Shown here: piece after piece, positions 52,801-62,379 of the stretch
How positions within the stretch are numbered: the first letter of the stretch is position 1
Layout: each line of letters starts with the position of its first letter
DNA from: Haliotis rufescens
Taxonomy: Eukaryota
Reading direction: 5' to 3'
NCBI RefSeq assembly: GCF_023055435.1
Contig: NW_025964377.1
Span: 496,001-560,000 of the forward strand
Length of the DNA: 64,000 bases
Position numbers and translations under genes: made by a program
The notes under the pieces: generated by a model
What the model saw: only the letters and a program-made list of their open reading frames with translations
What the model was told of the DNA's origin: nothing
Databases searched by the model: none

Positions 52801-55800
52801 GTGCAGGTCTTGTAGACAGTAGACATGCCAGTCAGTGCAGGTCTTTACACAGTAGACATGCCAGTCAATGCAGGTCTTGTCATGACCTGATAGGTAGTAG
52901 ACATGCCAGTCAGTGCAGGTCTTGTAGACAGTAGACATGCCAGTCAGTGCAGGTCTTTACACAGTAGACATGCCAGTCAATGCAGGTCTTGTCATGACCT
53001 GATAGGCAGTAGACATGCCAATCAATGCAGGTCTTGTCATGACCTGATAGGTAGTAGACATGCCAGTCAGTGCAGGTCTTGTAGACAGTAGACATGCCAG
53101 TCAGTGCAGGTCTTTACACAGTAGACATGCCAGTCAATGCAGGTCTTGTCATGACCTGATAGGCAGTAGACATGCCAGTCAATGCAGGTCTTGTCATGAC
53201 CTGATAGACAGAAGACATGCCAGCCAGTGCAGGTCTTGTCATGACCTGATAGGTAGTAGACATGCCAGTCAATGCAGGTCTTGCCATGACCTGATAGGTA
53301 GTAGACATGCCAGTCAATGCAGGTCTTGCCATGACCTGATAGACAGAAGACATGCCAGCCAGTGCAGGTCTTGCCATGACCTGATAGACAGAAGACATGC
53401 CAGCCAGTGCAGGTCTTGTCATGACCTGATAGGTAGTAGACATGCCAGTCAATGCAGGTCTTGCCATGACCTGATAGACAGAAGACATGCCAGCCAGTGC
53501 AGGTCTTGTCATGACCTGATAGACAGAAGACATGCCAGTCAGTGCAGGTCTTGCCATGACCTGATAGACAGAAGACATGCCAGCCAGTGCAGGTCTTGTC
53601 ATGACCTGATAGACAGAAGACATGCCAGTCAGTGCAGGTCTTGCCATGACCTGATAGGTAGAAGACATGCCAGTCAATGCAGGTCTTGCCATGACCTGAT
53701 AGACAGAAGACATGCCAGCCAGTGCAGGTCTTGTCATGACCTGATAGGTAGTAGACATGCCAGTCAATGCAGGTCTTGCCATGACCTGATAGGTAGTAGA
53801 CATGCCAGTCAATGCAGGTCTTGCCATGACCTGATAGACAGAAGACATGCCAGCCAGTGCAGGTCTTGTCATGACCTGATAGGTAGTAGACATGCCAGTC
53901 AATGCAGGTCTTGCCATGACCTGATAGGTAGTAGACATGCCAGTCAATGCAGGTCTTGCCATGACCTGATAGACAGAAGACATGCCAGCCAGTGCAGGTC
54001 TTGTCATGACCTGATAGACAGAAGACATGCCAGTCAGTGCAGGTCTTGCCATGACCTGATAGACAGAAGACATGCCAGCCAGTGCAGGTCTTGTCATGAC
54101 CTGATAGACAGAAGACATGCCAGTCAGTGCAGGTCTTGCCATGACCTGATAGACAGAAGACATGCCAGTCAGTGCAGGTCTTGCCATGACCTGATAGACA
54201 GAAGACATGCCAGCCAGTGCAGGTCTTGTCATGACCTGATAGGTAGTAGACATGCCAGTCAATGCAGGTCTTGTAGACAGTAGACATGCCAGTCAGTGCA
54301 GGTCTTTACACAGTAGACATGCCAGTCAATGCAGGTCTTGTCATGACCTGATAGGCAGTAGACATGCCAATCAATGCAGGTCTTGTCATGACCTGATAGG
54401 CAGTAGACATGCCAGTCAGTGCAGGTCTTGTCATGACCTGATAGGCAGTAGACATGCCAGTCAGTGCAGGTCTTGCCATGACCTGATAGGCAGTAGACAT
54501 GCCAGTCAGTGTAGGTCTTGCCATGACCTGATAGGCAGTAGGCATGCCAGTCAGTGCAGGTCTTGCCATGACCTGATAGGCAGTAGACATGCCAGTCAAT
54601 GCAGGTCTTGCCATGACCTGATAGGCAGTAGACATGCCAGTCAGTTAAGGTCTTGTCATAAAATGGACGCTCACAACATCAGCTAAATCACGAGATCCCC
54701 AAGTACGTATATACAACCATGAATCATAACTGAGGCAAATCCTGTCACATGATCCTGTTTAGCAGATCCTGGCATTGCTAAGGGAAGGAAGCAAGTCACC
54801 TACCTGTAGAGTTCCCCAGACGGGTGCCGCTACTGTCCTCGAGGTAAACTTTTGGGGGGTTAGGAACGTCGACCGGGGAGGAACAAGGTATGACAACCAT
54901 CCCACTCTCAGCAGCAGTGATAGCCAAGACTGGTTTAACCGGGAAGGAGCCCACTTCTGGAAAACAATCAGTTTCATGGTGTATAAGACAAATATGACAT
55001 CTCCTCTTGTGTATCACATACTGGACATCACACATCACACAATATATATCTATGGGCACAGTGACATTGAGCTGACACTGTTTAAAAACTGTACAGATCA
55101 TAGTCTTTATATATCCTTTGATGAATAAAACTTGTGAATAAAATATATCATTAACTGCTAATCTTCATCCCCCCAACATCTAGTCTTCCTAATTTCTCAC
55201 TGGACCATCTTCCCGAGGCAAGGGCGTTAACTGACAATAAAATTCCAGTTTCCACCCTTGGTAAACTAGGCTGGAACTTCCAGGTTCGATCAAAGTGCCA
55301 CCAGTGGCTATTACAAGTTATGTCCCTTCCATGTCCCTCCTATTGACCAATCAGATTCCATCTCTCATAAAACTTGCATTTGCTTAAAAAAATGACCGTG
55401 CCCAGTCAAGACGTTCTGATTGATGATAAAGATATTTATTGTAATACAACCCTGTGAAGTGCATCAAATCCCTTGAGCACCTTGATTAAAATCATGTAAA
55501 AATTTGTAAAATAATAGTCGACACCCATCGAAAGTCCACCTTTGCCAAACTTGGTTACATTTTGGCTGGACGAATGATTGGTTGGTTGGATGCTTGGTTG
55601 GTTGATTTGTTGTTTGACGGCAGTCTGTAAATAATCAAGTCTGGACAAGACAATCCAGTGATTGACATCTATCCACACAATTGGGATCAATGACATGCAT
55701 CAACCAAGTCAGCAAGCCTGACCACCCGATCCCACTAGTCGACTCTTACGACAAGCATAGTCACCACTGGATTAATGAGTCAATGCAGAGTCCAGTCAAA

Positions 55801-58800
55801 ATCCTGTATCCAACTAGACATCCAGTTTGTAAACAACATGGATCTCAACGTCCAGATTTTGGTTGACTGCAGGATTTGCAACACATGTCAAACCAAAATG
55901 TAACTCTGGAATTCCAGCCAAGTTTGGCAAAGGTGGAAGCTGGACTGTCATAGTCAGTTAATGGGTAGTCGAAGGGGATCAGTGGGCCTAGTTTGATGCC
56001 CCACATGGGTACAAGACCTGTGAAGATCCAGGGTAGAATAGGTCATTGCCGTAAAAGGTGACTATGCTTGTCGTAAGAGGCGACTAACGAGAGTGGGTGG
56101 TCAGGCTTACTGACTTGGTTGATGCATGTCATCGATCCCAATTGTGTGGATTGATGCTCATGATATTAATCACTGGATTGTCTGGTCCAGACTCGATTAT
56201 TTACAGACCGCTATCATATAGCTGAAATATTGCTGAGTGCGGCGTTAAACAACAAACAAACATGGGCACAATGTTTGAAGCCAATTCTGGTGTCCCCTGC
56301 CAGGGTCATTAACTGAAAGCCCCAAACAGAACATTCTAAATCCAAAATTACATCAGAAATTAATCTATAACATATGTACTTGTCTCCTTCACACCAGGGG
56401 CTGTCCGGTAGCCTAGTGGTTAAAGCATTCGCTCGTCACGCCAAAGACCCGGGTTTGATTCCCGTCATGGGTAATGTGTGAAGCCCATTTCTGGTGTCCC
56501 CCACCGTGATATTGCTGGAATATTGGTAAAAGTGGCGTAAAACCATACTCGCTCACTCCTTCACACCAGCCACTACACTTTATCAAATCAACTCAAAGGA
56601 GATATCCGAAATCTTAAACTACAACCATTCTATTCCAACAGAACAGACTGCCGCCACCAACTTATCTCAAAAGTATAACATAATGAATGTCCCATCTACA
56701 ACAAAGCGTTCTCTCAACAACACTTTTTTAATAACACTATCTTAAATTGTCATTACCAGGGGGAGACAACTCTACTAGAACAAAAACTTGACAGTGTACA
56801 CACTGAAAATACACTGTGGTTCCTCACTCGAATCTAACACAACAAACTCTGCCTCTATTTCATTCAGCTTGTTACAGAGCACATAAGCAGTTTTTAATAC
56901 CCCTGGTGTGTTGAAGAAAGCGAAATTCAATACAAGCCCGTGGCCTTAATGTTTTTCCTGAGCGGTTGCCAGGACAGCCATTTTTCCCTTTTCCAGGCTG
57001 CATCCTATGCTTAGCCGCCTGTACTCCAAGACCCCAGCAGTAAAGGCACCATGTACATGTGGGGGATATATGTCTCCGTTAGCCCGGCCTTACAGTAATA
57101 CGGAAACACAATGTTAAGAATAACCCCAAAAAACAAGTACAAAATGTTGTTAAATAAATACATTATAAGCTCGCATAGCGGGAATATCTACACAGATCGG
57201 TGCCATCTTGAAGCCAGAAGGGAGATTCGGCCAGTGAAAGCAGGTGGAACGATGTCGGCTTTCGTCTCCCCACCCTTCCTTTCCCTACCCCAAACCTGGA
57301 CGGATCATGTTTACCTAAATCCCAAATATCCCAGGTGGGGACCAGGTGTAAGTGAACATTTCTACACATAATGTGTCAAAATATATACATAATCTACACT
57401 GCCGAGCTTGCCGAAGCCACGATCTTGCTGCCTGGCGACCTTTCAGGGTTCCTGTAATGTTGCCGATCTGTTTGTTTCTGCGGACATTTAGCATCCAAAC
57501 ATGAAAATAATCACGGAGGGGGTAGTCTTCTCTTAAGGTGTTTTGCTACACACAGGTCTTGTATTGGAATCCGCTAGGGGTCAGAACTTGATAACTCTTC
57601 TGACATATATCCTAAATTGCACGTCTACCTCATACGACAGAAAGTTGGAAAATGTTTGGCTTAGCTTATAAACATTAAATATTGATGCTTTTTGTTTTTC
57701 ATTAACAAATAATCATGTTCCCACTGGAATCATTAATTAAACTTTAAAAGTTCAAATTCAAAGAAGTAGAACTTGATATTGAGCGCCATCTATCACTTCC
57801 TGCGTAGAGTTACTTCCCTTTGAATGGCTGCTCTTAGTGTATGTTCGGAGGTCAGGTGTAGTAATTAAGTCCAAGTTTATAACACTACATTAAGTCTTTT
57901 ACAGCGTTACTTTTTACCTCGTTCACATTATATATCTTAGCAACAAAAAAAGACCCAAACTACCAATAACAATCTCACAAAACCATTTGAAAGTATCTAA
58001 ACAATATGCCCACTGCAAAAATCCCCAACATAATGTGCTCACTTAAAATGCAGCTAGAAATAATATTTATCAAGGAAATTAGTCAATTATGTCATTTTTG
58101 AAATAATAAAATCTCCCCAACCAAATTATGAAAATATTTCTACAAGGTCTTCACCTCTGTTTACAACTGGCACATGGGGGTCGGAGTGGACATCATGTTC
58201 CCATCATCACCACCAGGCTCTGTACCAATGTAGGTTAAACCAACAGCCACAGCACAGAGAGCAATAGTCATCCACAGCAAATCATTAAAGCCGATCATCT
58301 CGAAAGACGGCCATTAGAACAACTACATGCTACCACTTCAACCTGTACGCAAATGTCTTTTTCATGACAGCTCTTCAGATTCGGAAAGAAAACTCAACAA
58401 TAGGTACAACTACCCATAATCCCTGATTTCTCGAACCAGTGAATGTTTGCTCAATTAGGGTTTGAGGTTTCAGTAGAAATTCAAAACAGATTATGCGAAC
58501 GGTTTGTTTTTGATGTGGGTATACCGCAATCTTCCTAATTTCAAAAGCAGTTCTTCTCGCCTCCGAGATAGTCGACTGCAAGGGATCTGTACTGGGAGAT
58601 GTTTCCAATTTTGACAGAACGTTCTCATTAGTGTCAAAGCCAAGCTTTTTTCTCTTACACTCAGTATGAGAACGATGTATTCTGTAACTCTCTGCGGTAT
58701 TAGTTTCAGGGAGCTGATTTTCTGGCCATCTTTGTTTGTGATAATATGAAGCAACATTAGCATTTATTGGGATCTTAACACCTTCCTCTTGGAAAAAGCT

Positions 58801-61137
58801 GGGTTAAAAGGCACACTAAAACACGATAATTGACCCGACTATTTTTTATGTCCATATCCAATTTTTGCATCAGTATCCAGTTTTTACATCAGTTTTTATT
58901 TTGTAAGAAAGAAAAGACATTTAAGCATCAAATAACTTAGTGTAACATCCACTAAAACATGGTAATGGATTAGTTTTAGTTTTCTTGAATCAGTCGGAGT
59001 GTTTCTTTACTCTACAGAGCCATAACATCTCATGAGCATGCTGACTGACCGTTCCACATAGGAACATAATCATGTTTTAATGTGGACTGGCAACATAGAG
59101 GGGCTATTTAAAGCTAATACATTCCCATAAAAATATGCAAAGTTACCGATAAAAACCGATCACACTTATTTTTTTAGAGTTTACAGGCATGTTTTGGGGG
59201 ATTTTTTAAAATATAATAAACAATGATTTATGTTGCAGAGCATGATTTCCATCCTGATAACATCTTCCTGTATGCAGGGTGCATACTTCAAGATATGCTT
59301 AGGGTTAAAAGATGGTGTTACACACATGCTCAGTTGGGGCTACTCTTTCACACACAGTTCTTAACATGGAAAAATAATTAAATTCTGCTGACAGCTTATC
59401 ACATCAATAACCTTTAACCTTTGTCTACAGCAAAAAGCAGAAGTGATAAACTTCTCCCTTCTGGTGCAATTCCATTAAGATTTGTTCAAATACATGTTCT
59501 GGAAGAATTAGTAACTTCCTGCTCAGAGTGATGGCCTTGGAGCGGGGGGAGGAGCAGGACGTCGGGACCAGGATTTCTCCATCTATCGTTCTATTGATGA
59601 ATATTCTATGACCTTGCGCTAAGATATTCAACTTTTGTACAGTATGCTCTCATGCTAAGATGGTCATCTTTCATCTTGCTCTCACACTAAGAATGTCACC
59701 TTTCATCCAGTATGCTCTTACACTAAGATGGTCATCTATCATTCAGTATGCTCTTAGGCTAAGATGGTCATCTCATCCTGTATGCTCTCTCGCCAATGTG
59801 GTCATCAATCATCCAGTATGCTCTCACGCTAAGATGGTCATCTATCATCCAGTATGCTCTCACGCTAAGATGGTCATCTTTCATCTTGCTCTCACACTAA
59901 GAACGTCACCTTTCATCCAGTATGCTCTCACGCTAAGATGGTCATCTATCATCCAGTATGCTCTCATGCTAAGATGGTCATCTATCATCCAGTATGCTCT
60001 CACGCTTAGATGGTCATCTATCATCCAGTATGCTCTCACGCTAAGATGGTCATCTACCATCCAGTATGCTCTCACGCTAAGATGGTCATCTATCATCCAG
60101 TATGCTCTCACGCTAAGATGGTCATCTATCATCCAGTATGCTCTCACGCTCAGATGGTCATCTATCATCCAGTATGCTCTTACGCTAAGGTGGTCATCTA
60201 TCATCCAGTATGCTCTTACGCTAAGACACGTGGACTGCTACCCTGAGAAAGTGATGTCACACAATTGTTTGTTTCTTACTTAACACAACATTCAGCAAGA
60301 TTTCAACTTTTTCTAACAGTGGCCAGTAGTCAAGCCAGACAATCCAGAGATTAAAATTATGAGCAACGATCCACCCAGTAATCAACCAAATCACCGAGCC
60401 TGACCATCCGATCCAGTTCATCGCCTCTTACGAAGACCTTTTCTGACCCAGATCTTCACAGGTCTGATCATTAACTAACTCATTTGGAGTACCATATTCG
60501 ACGTAATAAGCGCCCAGGGCGCTCTCAAAATTAGAAATAGGGGGCTCTTATTAGAATGTTATTTTAGTGAAAAAAACAGAGTTGAAAGATAAATTTCATG
60601 GTTTATGCTGACAGCCTGAAATGTTTATGTACGACAGATATATTTTTCCAGATTTAAATGCCCATAATTATAGGTGCATATAACACACGAGTGCGTATTA
60701 TACGCGAATAAATAAGTCTTGTGTACATTGATCAATCGGAAGGGGAGCTAATTGGGATTGTTCACTAGCCAATATCTTAGCAAATGTGGACGTGGGCACT
60801 TAATAGAGCGGGGCGCTTATTACGTCGAATACGGTAATAAAACTTGTTAACTCACCTGGAGGTCGGAGTACCACCAGAGGGATGCTGATGATGGATCCGG
60901 CAACGGCTGACGCCACACAGTGGTATATGCCTTCATTTGATGAGTATTCAAAATTGTTAAAATATAAATTGTCTCCCCTAAACTCCAATCCATTGTGGTC
61001 TTCCTGTTTCAAAAGCTTGCTGTTAAACAGCCATTTCACTGTGGCATTTGGAGGTGTCACCTCACAATATATTGTCACTGGGGCATGATGGGATATCACA
61101 GAAGTCTTTGGTTCCCTCAGAAATGCCGGCACTGCAC
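25723..61137 (-). CDS. ihog: Interference hedgehog (Ihog/Boi/Cdon/Boc family) Hedgehog co-receptor; 17 coding exons, about 1150 codons, N-terminal signal-peptide exon not located
   Basis: Exons with GT-AG ends and consistent phases: 60856-61137, 54804-54956, 41600-41734, 36450-36617, 35821-35922, 35139-35294, 34117-34257, 33115-33426, 32160-32360, 31472-31684, 30793-30995, 29440-29659, 28492-28764, 27870-28108, 27298-27412, 26615-27034, 25723-25844. Domains: 5 Ig + 2 FNIII + TM. The first FNIII contains [14 protein letters not shown], characteristic of Ihog/Boi. Confidence 0.9.
26615..27034 (-). CDS. ihog: Ihog-like exon: cytoplasmic 3
   Basis: 420 nt, phase 1-1; ...[30 protein letters not shown]. 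Confidence 0.8.
27298..27412 (-). CDS. ihog: Ihog-like exon: cytoplasmic 2
   Basis: 115 nt, phase 0-1, bridging the flanking exon phases; [26 protein letters not shown]. Confidence 0.72.
27568..27842 (+). mobile_element. SINE-like family B, intronic
   Basis: GTGAAGATCTGGG...GTCGTAAGAGGCGACTAAC...GCTGGAATATTGCTGAGTGCAGCGTTAAA plus a CAAA-rich tail. Confidence 0.85.
27870..28108 (-). CDS. ihog: Ihog-like exon: cytoplasmic 1
   Basis: 239 nt, phase 1-0, CAG|...|GTAAGT. Confidence 0.85.
28122..28478. repeat. Degenerate tandem repeat filling most of an intron
   Basis: Recurrent GCCATTATG(T/A)ATACA...GGCCCTTAATC units. Confidence 0.7.
28492..28764 (-). CDS. ihog: Ihog-like exon: stalk and transmembrane helix
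   Basis: 273 nt, phase 1-1; [32 protein letters not shown]. Confidence 0.92.
29440..29659 (-). CDS. ihog: Ihog-like exon: FNIII-2
   Basis: 220 nt, phase 0-1; [11 protein letters not shown]...[24 protein letters not shown]. Confidence 0.93.
30793..30995 (-). CDS. ihog: Ihog-like exon: FNIII-1 C-part and FNIII-2 start
   Basis: 203 nt, phase 1-0; [20 protein letters not shown]...IGIKWQ. Confidence 0.93.
31472..31684 (-). CDS. ihog: Ihog-like exon: FNIII-1 N-part
   Basis: 213 nt; [39 protein letters not shown]...YEVSNLKP. Confidence 0.93.
32160..32360 (-). CDS. ihog: Ihog-like exon: Ig-FNIII linker with a polybasic tract
   Basis: 201 nt, TAG|...G|GTGAAT, phase 1-1, open frame. Confidence 0.78.
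33115..33426 (-). CDS. ihog: Ihog-like exon: complete fifth Ig domain
   Basis: 312 nt, phase 1-1; PHFTLWP...VAIPCLS...WFKDGQRL...[25 protein letters not shown]. Confidence 0.85.
33494..33776. repeat. Compound (GAGT/GACT/GAGC)n microsatellite
   Basis: Visible in sequence. Confidence 0.95.
34117..34257 (-). CDS. ihog: Ihog-like exon: Ig4 C-half (alternative donor possible, exon end 34126)
   Basis: 141 or 132 nt, phase 1-1; [33 protein letters not shown]. Confidence 0.87.
34343..34612 (+). mobile_element. Two tandem SINE family A copies sharing a deletion in the tRNA head
   Basis: About 34343-34465 and 34487-34612; both read GGTTAAAGC(G/C)AAGACCTGAGTTCG and lack the anticodon-arm segment of full copies. 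Confidence 0.85.
34642..35045. repeat. Minisatellite with an 84-bp unit, about 5 copies
   Basis: TGTGTCTGTCACAACTGGGATACCATGACTGGAAACAG recurs at 34642, 34725, 34809, 34893 and 34977. Confidence 0.93.
35139..35294 (-). CDS. ihog: Ihog-like exon: Ig4 N-half
   Basis: 156 nt, phase 1-1; [26 protein letters not shown]. Confidence 0.9.
35821..35922 (-). CDS. ihog: Ihog-like exon: Ig3 C-half
   Basis: 102 nt, phase 1-1; [20 protein letters not shown]. Confidence 0.9.
36195..36425 (+). mobile_element. Degenerate SINE-like family B
   Basis: TAGAATAGGT...GTGGTCAGACTTGCTGACT...GGAATATTGCTGAGTGCGGCTTTAAACAAC. Confidence 0.75.
36450..36617 (-). CDS. ihog: Ihog-like exon: Ig3 N-half
   Basis: 168 nt, phase 1-1; [28 protein letters not shown]. 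Confidence 0.9.
37143..37319 (+). mobile_element. SINE family A, full length
   Basis: 14-bp TSD ACTGGACCCAAGGG at 37129-37142 and 37320-37333; A and B boxes; (ACTC)n tail. Confidence 0.93.
37383..37588 (+). mobile_element. Small palindromic Penelope-like insertion with a hammerhead-like core
   Basis: 10-bp TSD AGAGGAGGAG at 37373-37382 and 37589-37598; ~80-bp inverted arms (37383-37460 and 37469-37550); right arm CAC-CTGATGA-AGGAGTAAGTGTTTACTCT-GAAAC-ATT-GTG followed by AATAAA. Confidence 0.78.
41333..41556 (+). mobile_element. SINE-like family B, 5'-truncated
   Basis: Matches 10142-10350. Confidence 0.87.
41600..41734 (-). CDS. ihog: Ihog-like exon: Ig2 C-half (this frame is not in the ORF track)
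   Basis: 135 nt, phase 1-1; [31 protein letters not shown]. Confidence 0.87.
42890..43834. repeat. Minisatellite with an 80-bp unit, about 12 copies
   Basis: AACCCTCCACACAGACCAGGACATGACAACTGCTTATCACTGTCACCCC... with period 80 (43681, 43761). Confidence 0.95.
44851..45035 (-). mobile_element. SINE family D, head-truncated
   Basis: Aligns to 15860-16045 (TATGGTGCTGACAAACCTAGAAACATAAT). Confidence 0.85.
46052..46362. repeat. Minisatellite with a 36-bp unit, about 8 copies
   Basis: TAATCTCTTCATCTCATTCTAAGGACATTTCTTTCA, period 36. Confidence 0.93.
46415..46658 (-). mobile_element. SINE-like family B, single-hairpin variant
   Basis: Reverse complement of family B, ending GGATCTTCACGGG. Confidence 0.9.
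48190..48570 (-). mobile_element. 3' fragment of a non-LTR retrotransposon (C-terminus of the RT ORF plus a microsatellite tail)
   Basis: KLRTYRIVK...LEPYL...[12 protein letters not shown]...[19 protein letters not shown] resembles the C-terminal Cys/His region of LINE ORF2; followed by (TCTG)n/(TATG)n. Confidence 0.8.
50289..50565. repeat. Local triplication of a ~94-bp unit
   Basis: CATATTTGAAAACAACCAAGTTTCTTG recurs at 50289 and 50382, with a diverged copy near 50478. Confidence 0.85.
52585..54660. repeat. Satellite with a 45-bp unit (CATGACCTGATAGACAGAAGACATGCCAGTCAGTGCAGGTCTTGC) and 33/34-bp variants
   Basis: Homogeneous 45-nt periodicity; intronic in the Ihog-like gene. Confidence 0.97.
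54804..54956 (-). CDS. ihog: Ihog-like exon: Ig2 N-half
   Basis: 153 nt, phase 1-1; [28 protein letters not shown]. Confidence 0.85.
55535..55937. mobile_element. MITE-like inverted-repeat element with a family B copy (about 55575-55762, minus) inside
   Basis: Perfect 20-bp inverted repeat TCCACCTTTGCCAAACTTGG / CCAAGTTTGGCAAAGGTGGA. Confidence 0.6.
56015..56259 (+). mobile_element. SINE-like family B, full length, inserted into a family A copy
   Basis: TSD ACATGGG(T/C)ACAA at 56003-56014 and 56260-56271 is itself family A body sequence; family A resumes TGTTTGAAGCCAATTCTGGTGTCCCC. Confidence 0.92.
56398..56555 (+). mobile_element. SINE family A, full length
   Basis: 14-bp TSD CTCCTTCACACCAG at 56384-56397 and 56556-56569. 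Confidence 0.93.
56919..57575. mobile_element. Possible old non-autonomous DNA transposon
   Basis: Imperfect ~25-bp inverted ends AGCGAAATTCAATACAAGCCCGTG / CACAGGTCTTGTATTGGAATCCGCT. Confidence 0.4.
59640..60226. repeat. Minisatellite with a 36-bp unit CCAGTATGCTCTCACGCTAAGATGGTCATCTATCAT, about 16 copies
   Basis: Direct periodicity. Confidence 0.95.
60265..60464 (-). mobile_element. Degenerate SINE-like family B
   Basis: GAGCCTGACCATCCGATCC...GACCCAGATCTTCACAGGTC. Confidence 0.75.
60492..60834. mobile_element. TA-flanked MITE (pogo/Tc1-mariner type)
   Basis: 24-bp TIRs CCATATTCGACGTAATAAGCGCCC / GGGCGCTTATTACGTCGAATACGG (1 mismatch), TA on both sides. Confidence 0.88.
60856..61137 (-). 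CDS. ihog: Ihog-like exon: Ig domain 1
   Basis: CAG|...G|GTGAG, 282 nt, phase 1-1; PAFLREPK...[17 protein letters not shown]...NEGIYHCVA. Confidence 0.9.
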
Positions 61138-61242
61138 CTGGAAAATAAAATCAAACAAATGTTAAATAAAAAGTATACACAATTTAATCATAATGTAATA
61201 AGTATAGCATTTGTTTTATTTATCTCCTCGTCTTGATGCTAT

Positions 61243-61553
61243 CTTTATACAGTGAAACCCTCTTTACACAGTAAAACCCTCTTTATACAGTGAAACCCTC
61301 TTTGCACAGTGAAACCCTTTTTACACAGTAAAACCCTCTTTAGTGAAACTCTCTTTACACAGTGAAACCCTCTTTACACAGTGAAACCTCTTTATACAGT
61401 GAAACCCTCTTTATACAGTGAAACCTCTATACAGTGAAACCCTCTTTACACAGTGAAACCTCTTTATACACTGAAACCCTCTTTATACAGTGAAACAATC
61501 TTTACACAGTGAAACCCTCCTTATACACTGAAACCCTCTTAATACACTGAAAA
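61243..61553. repeat. Minisatellite with a 19-bp unit ACAGTGAAACCCTCTTTAT
   Basis: Period 19 (61251, 61270, 61289). Confidence 0.92.
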
Positions 61554-61825
61554 TCTATTTATCTCACACTAATGTTTCAAGTGAAATCATCCCGACTAAC
61601 AAATTTCCAGTTTCACAATCCAGACTTTTTAAAATCCTCGTTGACAGGTTGTTAGATGAACTTTTTATGGATATAGAATCAACCTGTTCTGAAAACCAGT
61701 TTAGAAAGAAATAACCTATCCCTCAACCTTTTCATTCCTGCTATTCCTGCCAGCTAGCGACAGTTGAAGAAACTGTCCCCCGTAACTGTCCCTAGAGGTG
61801 GTCAAGTTAACAACATGTACTAATA

Positions 61826-62379
61826 CAGTCAAGTCTCGTTAATCCGACACTTGTTAATCTGACAATCAGCTTTATCCGACACTAATGATGGGAACCAACT
61901 AAATCAGTGCTATTTAGACCCATTAATCCCACAGTCTTGCACTCCGACTGCGACTCACCTAATTTGCAACAAATTACCGAAATCACTCATTAATCAGTCA
62001 TGTTATCTGACACAGTGACCAGCGTACTCTGTGGTCATCTGCCCGTGAGTACACAGCCCGTGTTTTGATGCGAGACAAGTCGGCTGGTAGCTGCATATTA
62101 CAACGGCTGCAGTGATAAACTTCCTTAACAATAAACAATTATTGTTTTAAATTTACCCTTAGAGGTTGCATGAAAAATAAAAAAATTCCGTTAACAATGT
62201 AACATAACCTTAGAAATATTTCTTTTTTCATTTTTCCATTACATGTTTATATTGTTATCTATCATGTAGTTTTTCATGATTTTTTATCACAAACATTGAT
62301 ACTACTTAATTTCGTGCATCCCACACTCATTAATCCGATCATATGCAACCATCCTTGTCAGATTAACGGGACTTGACTG
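61826..62379. mobile_element. Tigger/pogo-like MITE
   Basis: 24-bp TIRs CAGTCAAGTCTCGTTAATCCGACA / TGTCAGATTAACGGGACTTGACTG; TA on the left; internal TTAATCCGAC subrepeats. Confidence 0.85.

Noticed and set aside
53060-54287. ~400-aa ORFs on both strands, one with repeated CRSCH (CxxCH, multiheme-cytochrome-like) and one Cys/His-rich
   Set aside because: They are translations of a 45-bp (15-codon) intronic satellite; several frames are open at once and there is no unique flanking coding sequence.
52585-54660. CRISPR-like appearance (palindromic repeat units)
   Set aside because: No unique spacers, no cas genes, eukaryotic intron context.
56398-56470. tRNA-like sequences (also about 4145, 14665-14734, 16030-16124, 37143)
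   Set aside because: They are SINE heads: followed by family bodies and tails, flanked by TSDs, and without an intact acceptor stem.
59660-60283. 207-aa repetitive ORF (also ORFs at 16866-17397, 33427-33834, 42866-43679)
   Set aside because: Tandem-repeat or microsatellite translations.
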